From: Macrostomum lignano
Taxonomy: Eukaryota
Assembly: GCA_002269645.1 (NCBI GenBank)
Contig: NIVC01001260.1
Location: forward strand, 1-64,000
DNA length: 64,000 nt
Reading direction: 5' to 3'
Below the pieces are notes generated by a model, which saw only the letters and a program-made list of their open reading frames with translations, was not told the origin of the DNA and did not search any database. Shown in pieces: positions 31,287-45,041 of this stretch. Positions within the stretch are counted from its first letter, which is position 1. The number at the start of each line of letters is the position of its first letter. The position numbers and the translations under genes are program-made.

Positions 31287-33240
31287 AACCACCGCCTGCC
31301 ACAGCCGAGCCCTCTGACGGTCGGCCAGTGCTTTGGACTGGAGGACGGCTCGGATCGAACGGAAGGCCACACAGACAAGTCCTCTGCGCCGCCGGAGGTC
31401 TTCCTCCACGTGGGACACCAGACCGCCGTAGGTGAACCACTGGCAGCGTGGGGGCGGGGTCGTCTATACGTTTGCGCCGCGGCACGTCAGGTCCGCTGGG
31501 ATGTTGGCCGGCACAGTCAGCACCTCGGTCTTCAGTGTGTTGACAACCAGACCGACGCTCGATGCCACCTCGACCAGCCTGTCGATCTGGCGCTGGGCGC
31601 CTTCAAAGGACGAGGACAGGAGGGCGAGGTCGTCGGCGTAGCCAAGCACGCTTAGGCGCTTTTCTCCGTGGCGGCAACCGATGCGTCTGCGCAGCAGAAA
31701 GCCGTCGTTAGCCAAGGGGAGTGCGGTCCGAAGCACCCAGTCCAGCAGCAGCACAAAGAGGAACGGTGCTAGCGTGTCGCCCTGCAGAACTCCTAATGAA
31801 GTATCGAACAGGTCAGACAGGCCGTCCGCCGTTACCACAGCAGCTCGAGTATCGCAATACAGGGTCGATTAGCTGCTGCGGGACCCGGTAGGCTCGAAGG
31901 TCGAAGGGAAGCGACGCTCTGAACACCGAGTCAAACGCCTTTCGAAAGTCAACGAAGACAATGATCAGCGTAGACTGGCGGATGCGCGCCTCCTCGATGA
32001 CACGGTGGAGTGCGAGGATCTGTGTCACTGTGCCGCGTTGCGGCCGGAATCCGTTCTGCTCGTACCGCAGGTACGGGTCCAGCACCGACTGCAGGCGATC
32101 GAGCAGCAGCCGGTTGAAGAGCTTCGCCGTACAGGACATCAGCGAGATCCGCGGTGGTCTTCTTTCCGCGTTGTCCCTGCCTTCTTCGGGATCAGCACGA
32201 TGTGTGCGACGGTCCACTCGGTGGGCGCAGGAGCGCCGGCGAGCACGCGGTTCATGACGCCTGTGACCTGGGAGGCCACACAGCGGAGCCGCAGGGCCTC
32301 GACCGGGACTTCGTCGGGGCCGAGCGCCTTGCCGCCTGGTGATTTCCTAGCGAACGGTACAATATCCTCCGTGGTGACTGGGCTGATGCAGAAGTCCTCC
32401 TCAGCTGGGAGCGGCATGTCCAGTGGGAGCGAAAAACTGGCGGGCAGCGGCGACGCGAGCGCGTTCACGATGCCGGCGAAGAAGTCGCGCAATTCATTCA
32501 TGCGCTCCTCTGATCCTCTGGGGTGTCACCGGCCAGGTTCAGCCCCACGCGCTTTTTGCGCTCCGTCAGAGTGCGTCAGATGGCCGTCCACACTGCGCGG
32601 CTCTTCACGTCTGGGCCGGCTGCAGTGATGGACCGGACAGTGTCGTCGACAGCGGCCTGCTGTCTAGAAGGCGCTCAAACGCGTCTTTAGCGTCGCCCGT
32701 GGGCCGCCGGTTCCTGCGGAGTCACTCGATGTTGAGTCGCGCTTGCCTGATGGTCGGATCGCTCTGCTAGACAGGCAGCAATTTCTGCGCTGGCCGCATC
32801 AGCGAGACCGTCTGCTCTACAGCGGCTCTAACGGCGGTGCTGATGTCGGAATACTTCGCCTCGCGCTGGGCTTCAAGCGCACCGACGAAGGCGCCCGCGA
32901 ATTGACGCTTCACGCGGGCGTTTAACAAGGGTGCCGTGACAGCTGCTTTGGCGGTCGATAAATCCGGTCGTGGAGCCGCAAGTCGCAGAGCAGGAGTTGG
33001 TGGTCTGACCGGAGAGCCAGTAGAGCCATGGTGTCGCAGTTGGTGATGCGGCGGCGCTCGCGAGTGCGAAACAGCGCATGATCGAGTTGCGCCAGTCTCC
33101 TCATGGACACTAGGTCCAGCCGGTCAAGCAGGTTCTCCAGCGCATCGGTGTTGGCGTTCTCGCGTCCCACGACAAAGGGCGAGCGCTTGGATCTCCGCGG
33201 AACTGCGTTCAGGTCTCCGAGCACTGCCAGCGTGTCGCGA
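31287..33240 (-). mobile_element. Degenerate RTE-like LINE fragment (end of APE + RT), truncated at both ends, multiple frameshifts
   Basis: Fragments LGDLNA (APE), WTVAHIVLIPKK, ISLMSCTAKLFNRLL, EQNGFRPQRG, FVDFRKAFDSV, GVLQGDTLAPFLF, GYADDLALL. Confidence 0.92.
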
Positions 33241-33299
33241 TGAAATCAATGCCCGAATCTCCAATTAACAGACCAACTCCTATGAAAAACTCCTGACGA

Positions 33300-33800
33300 G
33301 GGTCTCACAGCAGATCAGTGATGGCTTCCAGCATTTTAAATCTTCTGAACTGCACCAATACGTTCGACCTCGAACGCCTGCAGTCAGCCTTAACGGCACC
33401 CTTCAGCGACAGCGAGCCTCTGGCCTCCCGAAAGCTTCGGTCACCAGCCCTGCATCCTGGCCCATGTCCGCCTCATTGTGTACGCACACGACCTTTCTCT
33501 GTGCAGCCAGTACAGGTCTAGGACCAGGCCTCGACCTGGTGTTTTGCTTCAAGCGCATTAACCTCTTGTACCTCTGGCTCACCGTCTGCACCTTCGACAA
33601 GCTGGAGCGTTTGATGTCGATTCACTCGGAAAGACCTCGTTGAAAGAAAGAACAGCCCGCAGCACTCAGTCAAGCACCAGAACGAACAGGAAAGACGCTT
33701 GGAGCACCCCAAGGGATGTCTCGAAAAATTCCGATGGACCTTCCTGCGTCGAGTTCAGCGGATTTCGAGTCGCGGTACTACCTAATACTATTATCCACGT
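33300..33800 (-). mobile_element. Second, more decayed RTE-like RT fragment
   Basis: EGPSEFFETSLGVLQ..FLFVLVLD matches the RT segment of the adjacent element, with deletions. Confidence 0.6.
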
Positions 33801-34036
33801 TGGACAGGCAAATGCCCACACAGCAGCTACAGCAGATTTCAAACGCGGTAGTAGCAATCATAACTAAGTTTGTAACTCGGTGGTACGAGCTGCAGTTTTC
33901 GATTTCTATTATGAAGGTAGTACAGATTTCCCTCTGTGTATAAATATGCCGGAATTTTCAAAGAACATTAAAGGGCATTTTTTGCTCCTTTTTGCGTTTC
34001 AATATCATTTTTTGAGTTGAACTGTTTGCGGTCGCT

Positions 34037-34260
34037 ATGGTTGATCAGTATTCATCCGGTGATGACTGCTGCGATGACTGCTGCAGGTGTTGGCTCTTCC
34101 GGTAAGAGGTTACGGGGACAATTTTTGTCTACATGTAGATCAGCAATTTATCTTTTTGCTTGATTTTTTCAGGTTCCTGTGCTTCATATTCTGCTGCAAG
34201 TGCCTCTGCCCAGATGAGAGCCCGAGGTATCGAAGGCAAAGAGATTCTGATTGGGCTTAA
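34037..34260 (+). CDS. Cysteine-rich micropeptide A, 50 aa, two exons (34037-34101, 34173-34260)
   Basis: Spliced product MVDQYSSGDDCCDDCCRCWLFRFLCFIFCCKCLCPDESPRYRRQRDSDWA. 71-nt phase-2 intron GTAAGA...TTTTTTCAG; TATAAA at ~33939; paralogous to B and C. Confidence 0.75.
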
Positions 34261-34364
34261 TCCATCATCAACTGAAAAACGAACTTCTGAGATTCTAATA
34301 TAGAACCAATCTAAACTAATGACTCCGTAATGCTTATTAGGTTATCTAACATGATCATTTGAAG

Positions 34365-34610
34365 TATTTATCAGGATTAGTTCAATTGTCTAACATTGAT
34401 TAGTTCAGTTATCTAATAGGATTAAGTCAAGTAGTATCGAACAGGATTAGTTCGAGTATTTAACAGGATTAGTTCGAGTATCTAACAGGATTAGTTCGAG
34501 TATTTAACAGGATTAGTTCGAGTATCTAACAGGAATAGTTCGAGTATCTAACAGGAATAGTTCGAGTATCTAACAGGAATAGTTCGAGTATCTAACAGGA
34601 TTATTTCAAC
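34365..34610. repeat. Minisatellite, 22-bp unit
   Basis: Unit AACAGGATTAGTTCGAGTATCT. Confidence 0.9.
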
Positions 34611-35164
34611 TGTTTAATCCTTATATTTCAAGACTAGTCAAGCCAGTTTAGTTGTGAGAATAAAATTCTTTATTTTTCTTCACGTTTCTAAAAATAGTCA
34701 TGAGGTGTGGATTTGCCAAGACTGTACTACCCCGTTAACGCGCTTGTGTGCGTACAAATATTGTGCACTATACTTTTTTCTCATTCTATTTTTAAACTGT
34801 ATCGGTCACTGTGCAATTTTCAATTTACTTTTTTAGCTTTTCTAATTGAACGATAATAAAATGAATTTTGAAAGAGTGATGATCATTATAGCATCAAGTC
34901 GCTTTACACTAATGGTGGATGTCGATTTGGAAAAACACGAAATTAACAATTAGTACATATCATTGTGTACTGAACCGCATTGTTAGTGGTAGTACCTACT
35001 GACGAAATTTCCTGATATAGCCATGGGGAAGTACCTGCTTTCAAATACATCAGCCATTACGACATAAAACAATTATCCTCAGCATTGGAGCCCTTGGCCT
35101 GGGCACAGGATTATGGTCGCATGCTTATTTGTACACAAACTTGCATGCAATATTATGTTGTAGC

Positions 35165-35838
35165 ATCGGTAGACAAACCGGCAGGCAAACATCAGGCGGT
35201 CAAACGTCGTTTAGCAAATGTCGGTGGGTTAAACATCGTGAGACAATGTTGGTGGAACACGTTGGTAGACAAATATCGGAAGACAAATGTCGGTGGACAA
35301 ATGTCGACGGAACATGTTGGTAGACAAATGTCGGAAGACAAAAATCGGTGGACAAATGTCGGTGGACAAATGTCGGTGGACAAATGTCGATGGACAAATG
35401 TCGGTGGACAAATGTCGGTGGACAAATGTCGGTGGAACACGTTGGTAGACAAAAGTTGAAAGACAAATGTCGGTGGACAAATGTCGGTGGACAAAAATCG
35501 GTGGACAAATGTCGGTGGACAAATATCGGTGGACAAATGTCGGTGGACAAATATCGGTAGACAAACGTCGGTAGACAAATATCGGCAGACAAATTTCGGT
35601 GGATAAATATCGGTAGACAAATGTCGGTAGACAAATATCGGTAGACAAATGTCGGTAAATAAATGTCGGCACACAAAAGTCGGTACACGAATCTCGGTAG
35701 ACAAATGTCAGTATACAAATGTCAGTATACAAATGTCAGTAGACAAATTTCGGTAGACAAATGTCGGTGAACAAATGTCGGTAGGCAAATCTCGGTAGAC
35801 AAACTCGGTAGACAAATTTCGGTAGACAAATGTCGGTG
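35165..35838. repeat. Minisatellite, 14-bp unit
   Basis: Unit GACAAATGTCGGTG/A. Confidence 0.93.
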
Positions 35839-36073
35839 GGTTTGTGTTTTGAGGCGCTAAGAAATTCACAGTTCACATGAAAACGCACAAGAAAGTGTGG
35901 TAATGACGTCAAAATCAATTTTATCACCGGGTTCTACCTAGTAGTCTATTGCAGTCTACTGCATTTAACTGTAAAGGTTCAAGTGATCAGATTTACTAGT
36001 TACTATTCGGTTGAAATCTTCGGATTTGTTCTGCCAGCATACACGCGAGCTACGATCCTGCTGCTTCACAAAT

Positions 36074-36377
36074 ATGATGGATCAAACCGCTACGAACAAC
36101 GAAAATAAAAGGCACTGGTTCATCGAGTAAGTTTTCAACAATATCGCAAAGTATGAAGTCAAGTCCCGTAATATTTATTGATTACCCAACTACCTAATCG
36201 CCCTACTAACTAGATTAGCAATCCACTATTTACTCATCCCAGATAGAAAACTTGTTTATCTAATTATCTGATAACTATCCATGGTTTTTCAAATTTTGCA
36301 GCTGGCTCTGCAAAATCTTCTGTTGCGAATGCTTCTGCAAAAAACCTGATGAAGATAATAAGAATCGAAAGGCATGA
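36074..36377 (+). CDS. Cysteine-rich micropeptide B, 42 aa, two exons (36074-36126, 36302-36377)
   Basis: Spliced product MMDQTATNNENKRHWFIDWLCKIFCCECFCKKPDEDNKNRKA. 175-nt phase-2 intron GTAAGT...TTTTGCAG at the same aligned position as in A and C. Confidence 0.7.
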
Positions 36378-36827
36378 AATTCTGAACTGTAATACCGATT
36401 ACTGCTGCAATATTCTCAATATTTATCTACTACAGCTCCATTAGGATTCTCTCGTACTCCCGATTCTATTTTTAGCTCATTGGGGAATCCCAATGTATAG
36501 CTTATATACGTATGTACTCTATGATGATTACTCTAACAATAAAGCTATTATTCGAGACTATGCTCATTTGTTGATTATGATTAAAAGCGGAAAATGGAAA
36601 AAAATACGAAGAAGGAGTGGTACCAAGCAAACAGGCTCTAGGTACTACCTTTATGGAGGATTTCTCAAAATGGATCACCAGGTACTGATGTCATACAGTA
36701 GTACCTACTACAGTAACGCTATATATGTATACTTACGGGGCATATTGAGACACTCAACCGATCAAGTTGAGCAAACTTGCAAGTAGACTCTCAATTGGAA
36801 TCGTACGAAATCACCCGGAATCAAAGC

Positions 36828-37062
36828 ATGCCCAATCAGCAAGCAAACGACGGCTGCTGCGAACAGTACGAGTGCTGCAGGTGGTGCCTCTGCAGGTAAA
36901 CAAGCGCTTAATTTGAAATTGTTTTTAAATATCTGCAACTAAAACTAAGCTATCGAGTCACTCATATATAAATATTCAATTAAATATTGACTTTTCAGAT
37001 TCTTCTGTTACATCTTCAAGTGCAAGTGCTGCAGAGAACAATCTGGAACGCAGCACGTTTGA
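36828..37062 (+). CDS. Cysteine-rich micropeptide C, 43 aa, two exons (36828-36895, 36999-37062)
   Basis: Spliced product MPNQQANDGCCEQYECCRWCLCRFFCYIFKCKCCREQSGTQHV. 103-nt phase-2 intron GTAAAC...CTTTTCAG; AATAAA at ~37144 and ~37183. Confidence 0.75.
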
Positions 37063-37210
37063 AGAAAAGTTATTTCAACTGAAGTCATTAACACTATACT
37101 ATATATGTAAATCGGACTCCCGAGACTAAAGTAAAGTAACCAAATAAACAGTAGCTGCGATAATCTCGATATATTTGAAATCAATAAAATATGTGTTCGC
37201 GATTTTTTTC

Positions 37211-39830
37211 GGTAGATAACTGACTTCTATGGTAGATAACTGACTTCTATGGTAGACAACTGACTTCTATGGTAGCTAACTGACTTCTATGGTAGGTAAC
37301 TGACTTCTATGGTAGATAACTGACTTCTATGGTAGATAACTGACTTTGATGGTAGACAACAGTCTTCTATGGTAGACAACTGACTTCTATGGGGTAGGTA
37401 ACTGACTTCTATGGTAGCTAACTGACTTCTATGGGTAGCTAACTGACTTCTATGGTAGATAACTGGCTTTGATGGTAGACAACAGTCTTCTATGGTAGAC
37501 AACTGACTTCTATGGGGTAGATAACTGACTTCTATGGTAGATAACTGACTTCTATGGTAGATAACTGACTTCTATGGTAGATAACTGACTTCTATGGGGT
37601 AGATAACTGACTTCTATGGTAGATAACTGACTTCTATGGTAGATAACTGACTTCTATGGGGTAGATAACTGACTTCTATGGTAGATAACTGACTTCTATG
37701 GTAGATAACTGACTTCTATGGTAGACAACTGACTTCTATGGTAGATAACTGACTTCTATGGTAGATAACTGACTTCTATGGTAGATAACTGACTTCTATG
37801 GTAGATAACTGACTTCTATGGGGTAGGTAACTGACTTCTATGGTAGATAACTGACTTCTATGGTAGATAACTGACTTCTATGGTAGACAACTGACTTCTA
37901 TGGTAGACAACTGACTTCTATGGTAGACAACTGACTTCTATGGTAGATAACTGACTTCTATGGTAGATAACTGACTTCTATGGTAGACAACTGACTTCTA
38001 TGGTAGATAACTGACTTCTATGGTAGACAACTGACTTCTATGGGGTAGGTAACTGACTTCTATGGTAGATAACTGACTTCTATGGTAGATAACTGACTTC
38101 TATGGTAGATAACTGACTTCTATGGTAGATAACTGACTTCTATGGGTAGCTAACTGACTTCTATGGTAGATAACTGGCTTTGATGGTAGACAACAGTCTT
38201 CTATGGTAGACAACTGACTTCTATGGGGTAGGTAACTGACTTCTATGGTAGACAACTGACTTCTATGGTAGACAACAGTCTTCTATGGTAGACAACTGAC
38301 TTCTATGGGGTAGGTAACTGACTTCTATGGTAGATAACTGACTTCTATGGTAGACAACTGACTTCTATGGGGTAGATAACTGACTTCTATGGTAGATAAC
38401 TGACTTCTATGGTAGACAACAGTCTTCTATGGTAGACAACTGACTTCTATGGGGTAGGTAACTGACTTCTATGGTAGACAACTGACTTCTATGGTAGACA
38501 ACAGTCTTCTATGGTAGACAACTGACTTCTATGGGGTAGGTAACTGACTTCTATGGTAGACAACTGACTTCTATGGTAGACAACTGACTTCTATGGGGTA
38601 GGTAACTGACTTCTATGGTAGACAACTGACTTCTATGGTAGACAACTGACTTCTATGGGGTAGATAACTGACTTCTATGGTAGATAACTGACTTCTATGG
38701 TAGATAACTGACTTCTATGGTAGATAACTGACTTCTATGGGTAGCTAACTGACTTCTATGGTAGATAACTGGCTTTGAAGGTAGACAACAGTCTTCTATG
38801 GTAGACAACTGACTTCTATGGGGTAGGTAACTGACTTCTATGGTAGACAACTGACTTCTATGGTAGACAACAGTCTTCTATGGTAGACAACTGACTTCTA
38901 TGGGGTAGGTAACTGACTTCTATGGTAGACAACTGACTTCTATGGTAGACAACTGACTTCTATGGGGTAGGTAACTGACTTCTATGGTAGACAACTGACT
39001 TCTATGGTAGACAACTGACTTCTATGGGGTAGGTAACTGACTTCTATGGTAGATAACTGACTTCTATGGTAGATAACTGACTTCTATGGTAGATAACTGA
39101 CTTCTATGGTAGATAACTGACTTCTATGGTAGATAACTGACTTCTATGGTAGATAACTGACTTCTATGGTAGATAACTGACTTCTATGGTAGACAACTGA
39201 CTTCTATGGTAGATAACTGACTTCTATGGTAGATAACTGACTTCTATGGTAGATAACTGACTTCTATGGTAGATAACTGACTTCTATGGGGTAGGTAACT
39301 GACTTCTATGGTAGATAACTGACTTCTATGGTAGATAACTGACTTCTATGGTAGACAACTGACTTCTATGGTAGACAACTGACTTCTATGGTAGATAACT
39401 GACTTCTATGGTAGATAACTGACTTCTATGGTAGACAACTGACTTCTATGGTAGATAACTGACTTCTATGGTAGACAACTGACTTCTATGGGGTAGGTAA
39501 CTGACTTCTATGGTAGATAACTGACTTCTATGGTAGATAACTGACTTCTATGGTAGATAACTGACTTCTATGGTAGATAACTGACTTCTATGGGTAGCTA
39601 ACTGACTTCTATGGTAGATAACTGGCTTTGATGGTAGACAACAGTCTTCTATGGTAGACAACTGACTTCTATGGGGTAGGTAACTGACTTCTATGGTAGA
39701 CAACTGACTTCTATGGTAGATAACTGACTTCTATGGTAGATAACTGACTTCTATGGTAGATAACTGACTTCTATGGTAGATGACTGATTTATATGGTAGA
39801 TAATTTACTTTATTGGCAGATAATGACTTC
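37211..39830. repeat. Minisatellite, 20-bp unit, ~130 copies
   Basis: Unit GGTAGATAACTGACTTCTAT with recurrent variants (GGGGTAGGTAAC, AGACAACAGTC). Confidence 0.98.
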
Positions 39831-40473
39831 AATGTTAAACAATCATATGATAGATTTTAAAAAGAAGATGCTGGAATAACGTTTGCAAAAATTTCTACAA
39901 GAGTTTGCACCCGGAATTCCCAAAGCCTAATACTATCTGCTCTAGCCCGCTGCACCCCAAGTGCATATTGTGCACCCGTGGGCAGTGTAAACTCCAACAG
40001 GATTGTGCAGCCAACTGTACTTGCAGACAGCGGCTGCATTTTTGTTTCTGTCTAAAAATAGCGCTTACCAGTGCTGGCATGAGGTAGTGCCTGCTAAAAT
40101 TTGACAACCAACAAGCTATTCAATTTCTAAGTGTAGCTTTACTGTACTTTTTACTTACTAACCCAATACGTAAAGTTTTAATTTGCAGAAATAAAAAATT
40201 GATATACTGTTCCTGGATAAAAATTTAGATAGAAAAGTTAACTGTCTGTACTAGTATTGAATAAACAAATAATCCGCGGTAAATTGTTAAAATTAAAAAC
40301 GAAGTTCTAAGCAATCATTTAAATCAATATTTTTCTAAACTGTTTAGTCATGAAACTCTAGTTGCTCATTATTTCGCCTCTTCATCGCTTAGCGACCGCA
40401 ACCGCAACAGAAGATGTAACGCAGGCACCTGGAAGCAAAATTTTCGAGTGCACTCACAGTCTTGAGTGTACAG

Positions 40474-41436
<963 letters not shown>

Positions 41437-41926
41437 CTCACCGGACCAGCCAGCACCTGCTGCAGTCGCAGTCCTCGCAGCAGCAGTCACAGTCGCAATC
41501 CCCCTGGTCGGTCATAAGAAAAATTTTATTTGAGAAAGAGCCAAACTCTGCTAATCTGTTTTGCTTCGCCCGCCGCCATTGCAACTGTACTCAACGGTTT
41601 GCCAGCTTTATCATGAGAATGCTAATGCCTTGTATTAATTTTGGCCATTGCATCAAATTCAAAATTGTATGATAAATGCCGACTCAATTTTATAACTCAA
41701 ATTATGCCTAGTGCCTTGTACTGCAACTGCATCAAGCTCCTTTCAATCGAAATTATTATAACTTTTTTGTCTGCCTACGTAGAAGTAGTGTATGATGCGA
41801 TGAGCAATCTAGACTTGATCAGTGGCTTAATTTTTCTGGGCTGAGATTTTTCCAAATAAATTCTGAAACGAAATAGTCTACTTGTTTGAAGTAGTAAAGT
41901 AAGTAAAATATGGTCATACGCCAAAA

Positions 41927-43490
41927 AAGAGCCAGGTAGGCCATAGAAGAGACAGGTAGGCCATAGAAGAGACAGGTAGGCCATAGAAGAGCCAGGTAGG
42001 CCATAGAAGAGACAGGTAGGCCATAGAAGAGACAGGTAGGCCATAGAAGAGACAGGTAGGCCATAGAAGAGACAGGTAGGCCATAGAAGAGCCAGGTAGG
42101 CCATAGAAGAGACAGGTAGGCCATAGAAGAGCCAGGTAGGCCATAGAAGAGACAGGTAGGCCATAGAAGAGACAGGTAGGCCATAGAAGAGCCAGGTAGG
42201 CCATAGAAGAGACAGGTAGGCCATAGAAGAGCCAGGTAGGCCATAGAAGAGACAGGTAGGCCATAGAAGATACAGGTAGGCCATAGAAGAGACAGGTAGG
42301 CCATAGAAGAGACAGGTAGGCCATAGAAGAGACAGGTAGGCCATAGAAGAGACAGGTAGGCCATAGAAGAGACAGGTAGGCCATAGAAGAGACAGGTAGG
42401 CCATAGATGAGACAGGTAGGCCATAGAAGAGACAGGTAGGCCATAGAAGAGACAGGTAGGCCATAGAAGAGCCAGGTAGGCCATAGAAGACACAGGTAGG
42501 CCATAGAAGAGACAGGTAGGCCATAGAAGAGACAGTTGGCAATAGAAGAGACAGGTAGGCCATAGAAGAGACAGGTAGGCCATAGAAGAGACTGGTAGGC
42601 CATAAAAGAGACAGGTAGGCCATAGAAGAGACAGGTAGGCCATAGAAGAGACAGGTAGGCCATAGAAGAGACAGGTAGGCCATAGAAGAGCCAGGTAGGC
42701 CATAGAAGAGACAGGTAGCCCATAGAAGAGACAGGTAGGCCATAGAAGAGACAGGTAGCCCATAGAAGAGACAGTTGGCAATAGAAGAGCCAGGTAGGCC
42801 ATAGAAGAGACAGGTAGGCCATAGAAGAGACTGGTAGGCCATAGAAGAGACAGGTAGGCCATAGAAGAGCCAGGTAGGCCATGGAAGAGCCAGTTGGGCA
42901 ATAGAAGAGACAGGTAGCCCATAGAAGAGACAGGTAGGCCATAGAAGAGCCAGGTAGGCCATAGAAGAGCCAGTTGGGCAATAGAAGAGACAGGTAGCCC
43001 ATAGAAGAGACAGGTAGGCCATAGAAGAGACAGTTGGGCAATAGAAGAGACAGGTAGCCCATAGAAGAGACAGGTAGGCCATAGAAGAGACAGGTAGGCC
43101 ATAGAAGAGACAGGTAGGCCATAGAAGAGACAGGTAGGCCATAGAAGAGCCAGGTAGGCCATAGAAGACACAGGTAGGCCATAGAAGAGACAAGGTAGGC
43201 CATAGAAGAGACAGGTAGGCAATAGAAGAGCCAGGTAGGCCATAGAAGATACAGTTGGCAATAGAAGAGCCAGGTAGGCCATAGAAGAGACAGGTAGCCC
43301 ATAGAAGAGACAGGTAGGCCATAGAAGAGACAGGTAGCCCATAGAAGAGACAGGTAGCCCATAGAAGAGACAGGTAGGCCATAGAAGAGCCAGGTAGGCC
43401 ATGGAAGAGCCAGTTGGGCAATAGAAGAGACAGGTAGTCAGGTAGGTTACAAAAGAGCCAGGTAAGTTATAGAAGAGCCAGATAGGCCAA
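41927..43490. repeat. Minisatellite, 20-bp unit, ~75 copies
   Basis: Unit AGAGACAGGTAGGCCATAGA; the long LWPTCLFYG ORFs are artefacts of it. Confidence 0.98.
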
Positions 43491-43911
43491 AGAACAGTTA
43501 AACGACAGCAATGTCAAGGATCTACCATCTCCTATCTACGACAGCTTGCGCTTCTACCAATGCATAAAAACTTTCACATCAATCATCACTTTGCAAGCCA
43601 AATAAGCTGAAGTAATGCTCCATTAGGTCTCGGAAATGCAATAAAAAAGTAAGACTTGGTAACACTAAGTCAACATATCTGATGGACTAGCAGTGACGGC
43701 AGTGACTCGTTAATGTATTTTTCATCATTACTAATAGATCGCATCCATTCAGAAAAAAACAGATCCAGCAAAATCCAACTTTGCAAATTGTAAATGTTTC
43801 GACAAATACGCTCGTAGAACGATAAATTTTCCTGCTGGAAACTCGCACAATGTCCATTTGTAGCTCCACGTTTATCGCTTCTGACTTACACTTAAAAATA
43901 ACTTGTATATT

Positions 43912-45041
43912 CTAGGAAACGAGTAGTTCAAACTCCCTCATGGTGTAGTAATAGCCGAATGGCAAATACCAGTTAATACCAGAAGCAAAAGACGCTGTGC
44001 TCAGAGCCGAGGGCGGTGTGAAGTACAGGCCGTTTGGGTTGGTTTAGTGACAATTTGCGTACCACCAACCTCCTTTGTAGAGCATACTGCAACTCTGTTG
44101 AGACCTAAGGTCGTTGTCTGAATCGTATTCGTTGCACCAGGCCATGCAGTCTCTCAGACTCGGGTGGCTGCCATGTAAACCGGAGACACTCAAACGGAAC
44201 TTGTCGGTCTCGCTGGCCACGGAGAAGCTGGAGTAGTCGGCCCAGAACTCCGTGCCATTCCACAGCCTCATTCGCATGCGAAGTGCTCGACCAGACGGCC
44301 AGGTCAGAGAGTGCACAGCTCGCAGACCTGCAGTTGTCAAGCACAGCTCAATGCTGAGCAGCTCACAGCCACAGGAGGCCAGCGCTATCAAAAAGTGCAT
44401 CAATACCGTCATGACCGCACTGCACTGCACTCACCGAGCCAGTGGTTCGTGTGGGCTCCCTCTCCGAAGCCGGCTGCGTACTCGGTCCAGTTGCGATAGA
44501 AGTCTGTCGAGTTGTCCGCCCGACGCTGGATGCTGATCCAGCAGTCGCTGAGTGACGTCACAAACACCTGCAGTGAGGCATTGAGAGCTGCGGTCAGGCA
44601 AGTGCTGTCAGTTACCTGGCTGTCAGGTGAGTCAGTGCACGCTTGCTACTCACCCTGATGCAGCACGGAGACTGGTGAGTGTGAGGCGTCAGTCTGCGAC
44701 ACACAGCGCCACTTCGGCTTGCTGGAATGCGAATGAGCTCAGCTGGGTGAGCAGCTTCATCAGGTTTAAGGCATCGAGCATGCAGCCAGGACTCACTCAC
44801 CCACGATGCACTGGGGCTGCTGAGCACCGTCTCGAGGGATGAAGACCAGCAGCTGGTGAGCGAGCAGGTGCTTGGCAGCCTGTGCAGCGCACTGCAGCAC
44901 ATCGCTGGCTTGGTTGATGGAGGAGACGAAGAAGTGGCGGACTCGACCGCCCGACCAGCTGCTGCTGTGCACCTCATTTAGGATGACAGCAGCAGAAGTT
45001 GTTGTCAAGGCAACTGTTAGGAATGCCAGCAGTTGATTCAT
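43912..45041 (-). pseudogene. Secreted fibrinogen-related (FReD) gene copy 1; premature TAA at 44046-44044, probable pseudogene or truncated paralog
   Basis: Exons (minus): 45041-44801, 44742-44654, 44567-44435, 44327-43912. Signal peptide MNQLLAFLTVALTTTSA; WISIQRR...FYRNWTEYAAGFG...WLG; GGWWYANCH*TNPNGLY..., with the homologous frame continuing to a TAG at 43914-43912. It also lacks about five codons of the NGAMFST motif. Confidence 0.85.

Noticed and set aside
36640-36786. Possible fourth micropeptide (MEDFSKWIT|S...) with a 32-nt phase-2 intron
   Set aside because: Lacks the Cys core and has a weak donor; cannot be supported without transcripts.
41775-43421. Three minus-strand ORFs of 482-548 aa
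   Set aside because: All three frames are open because of the 20-bp monomer; no domain content.
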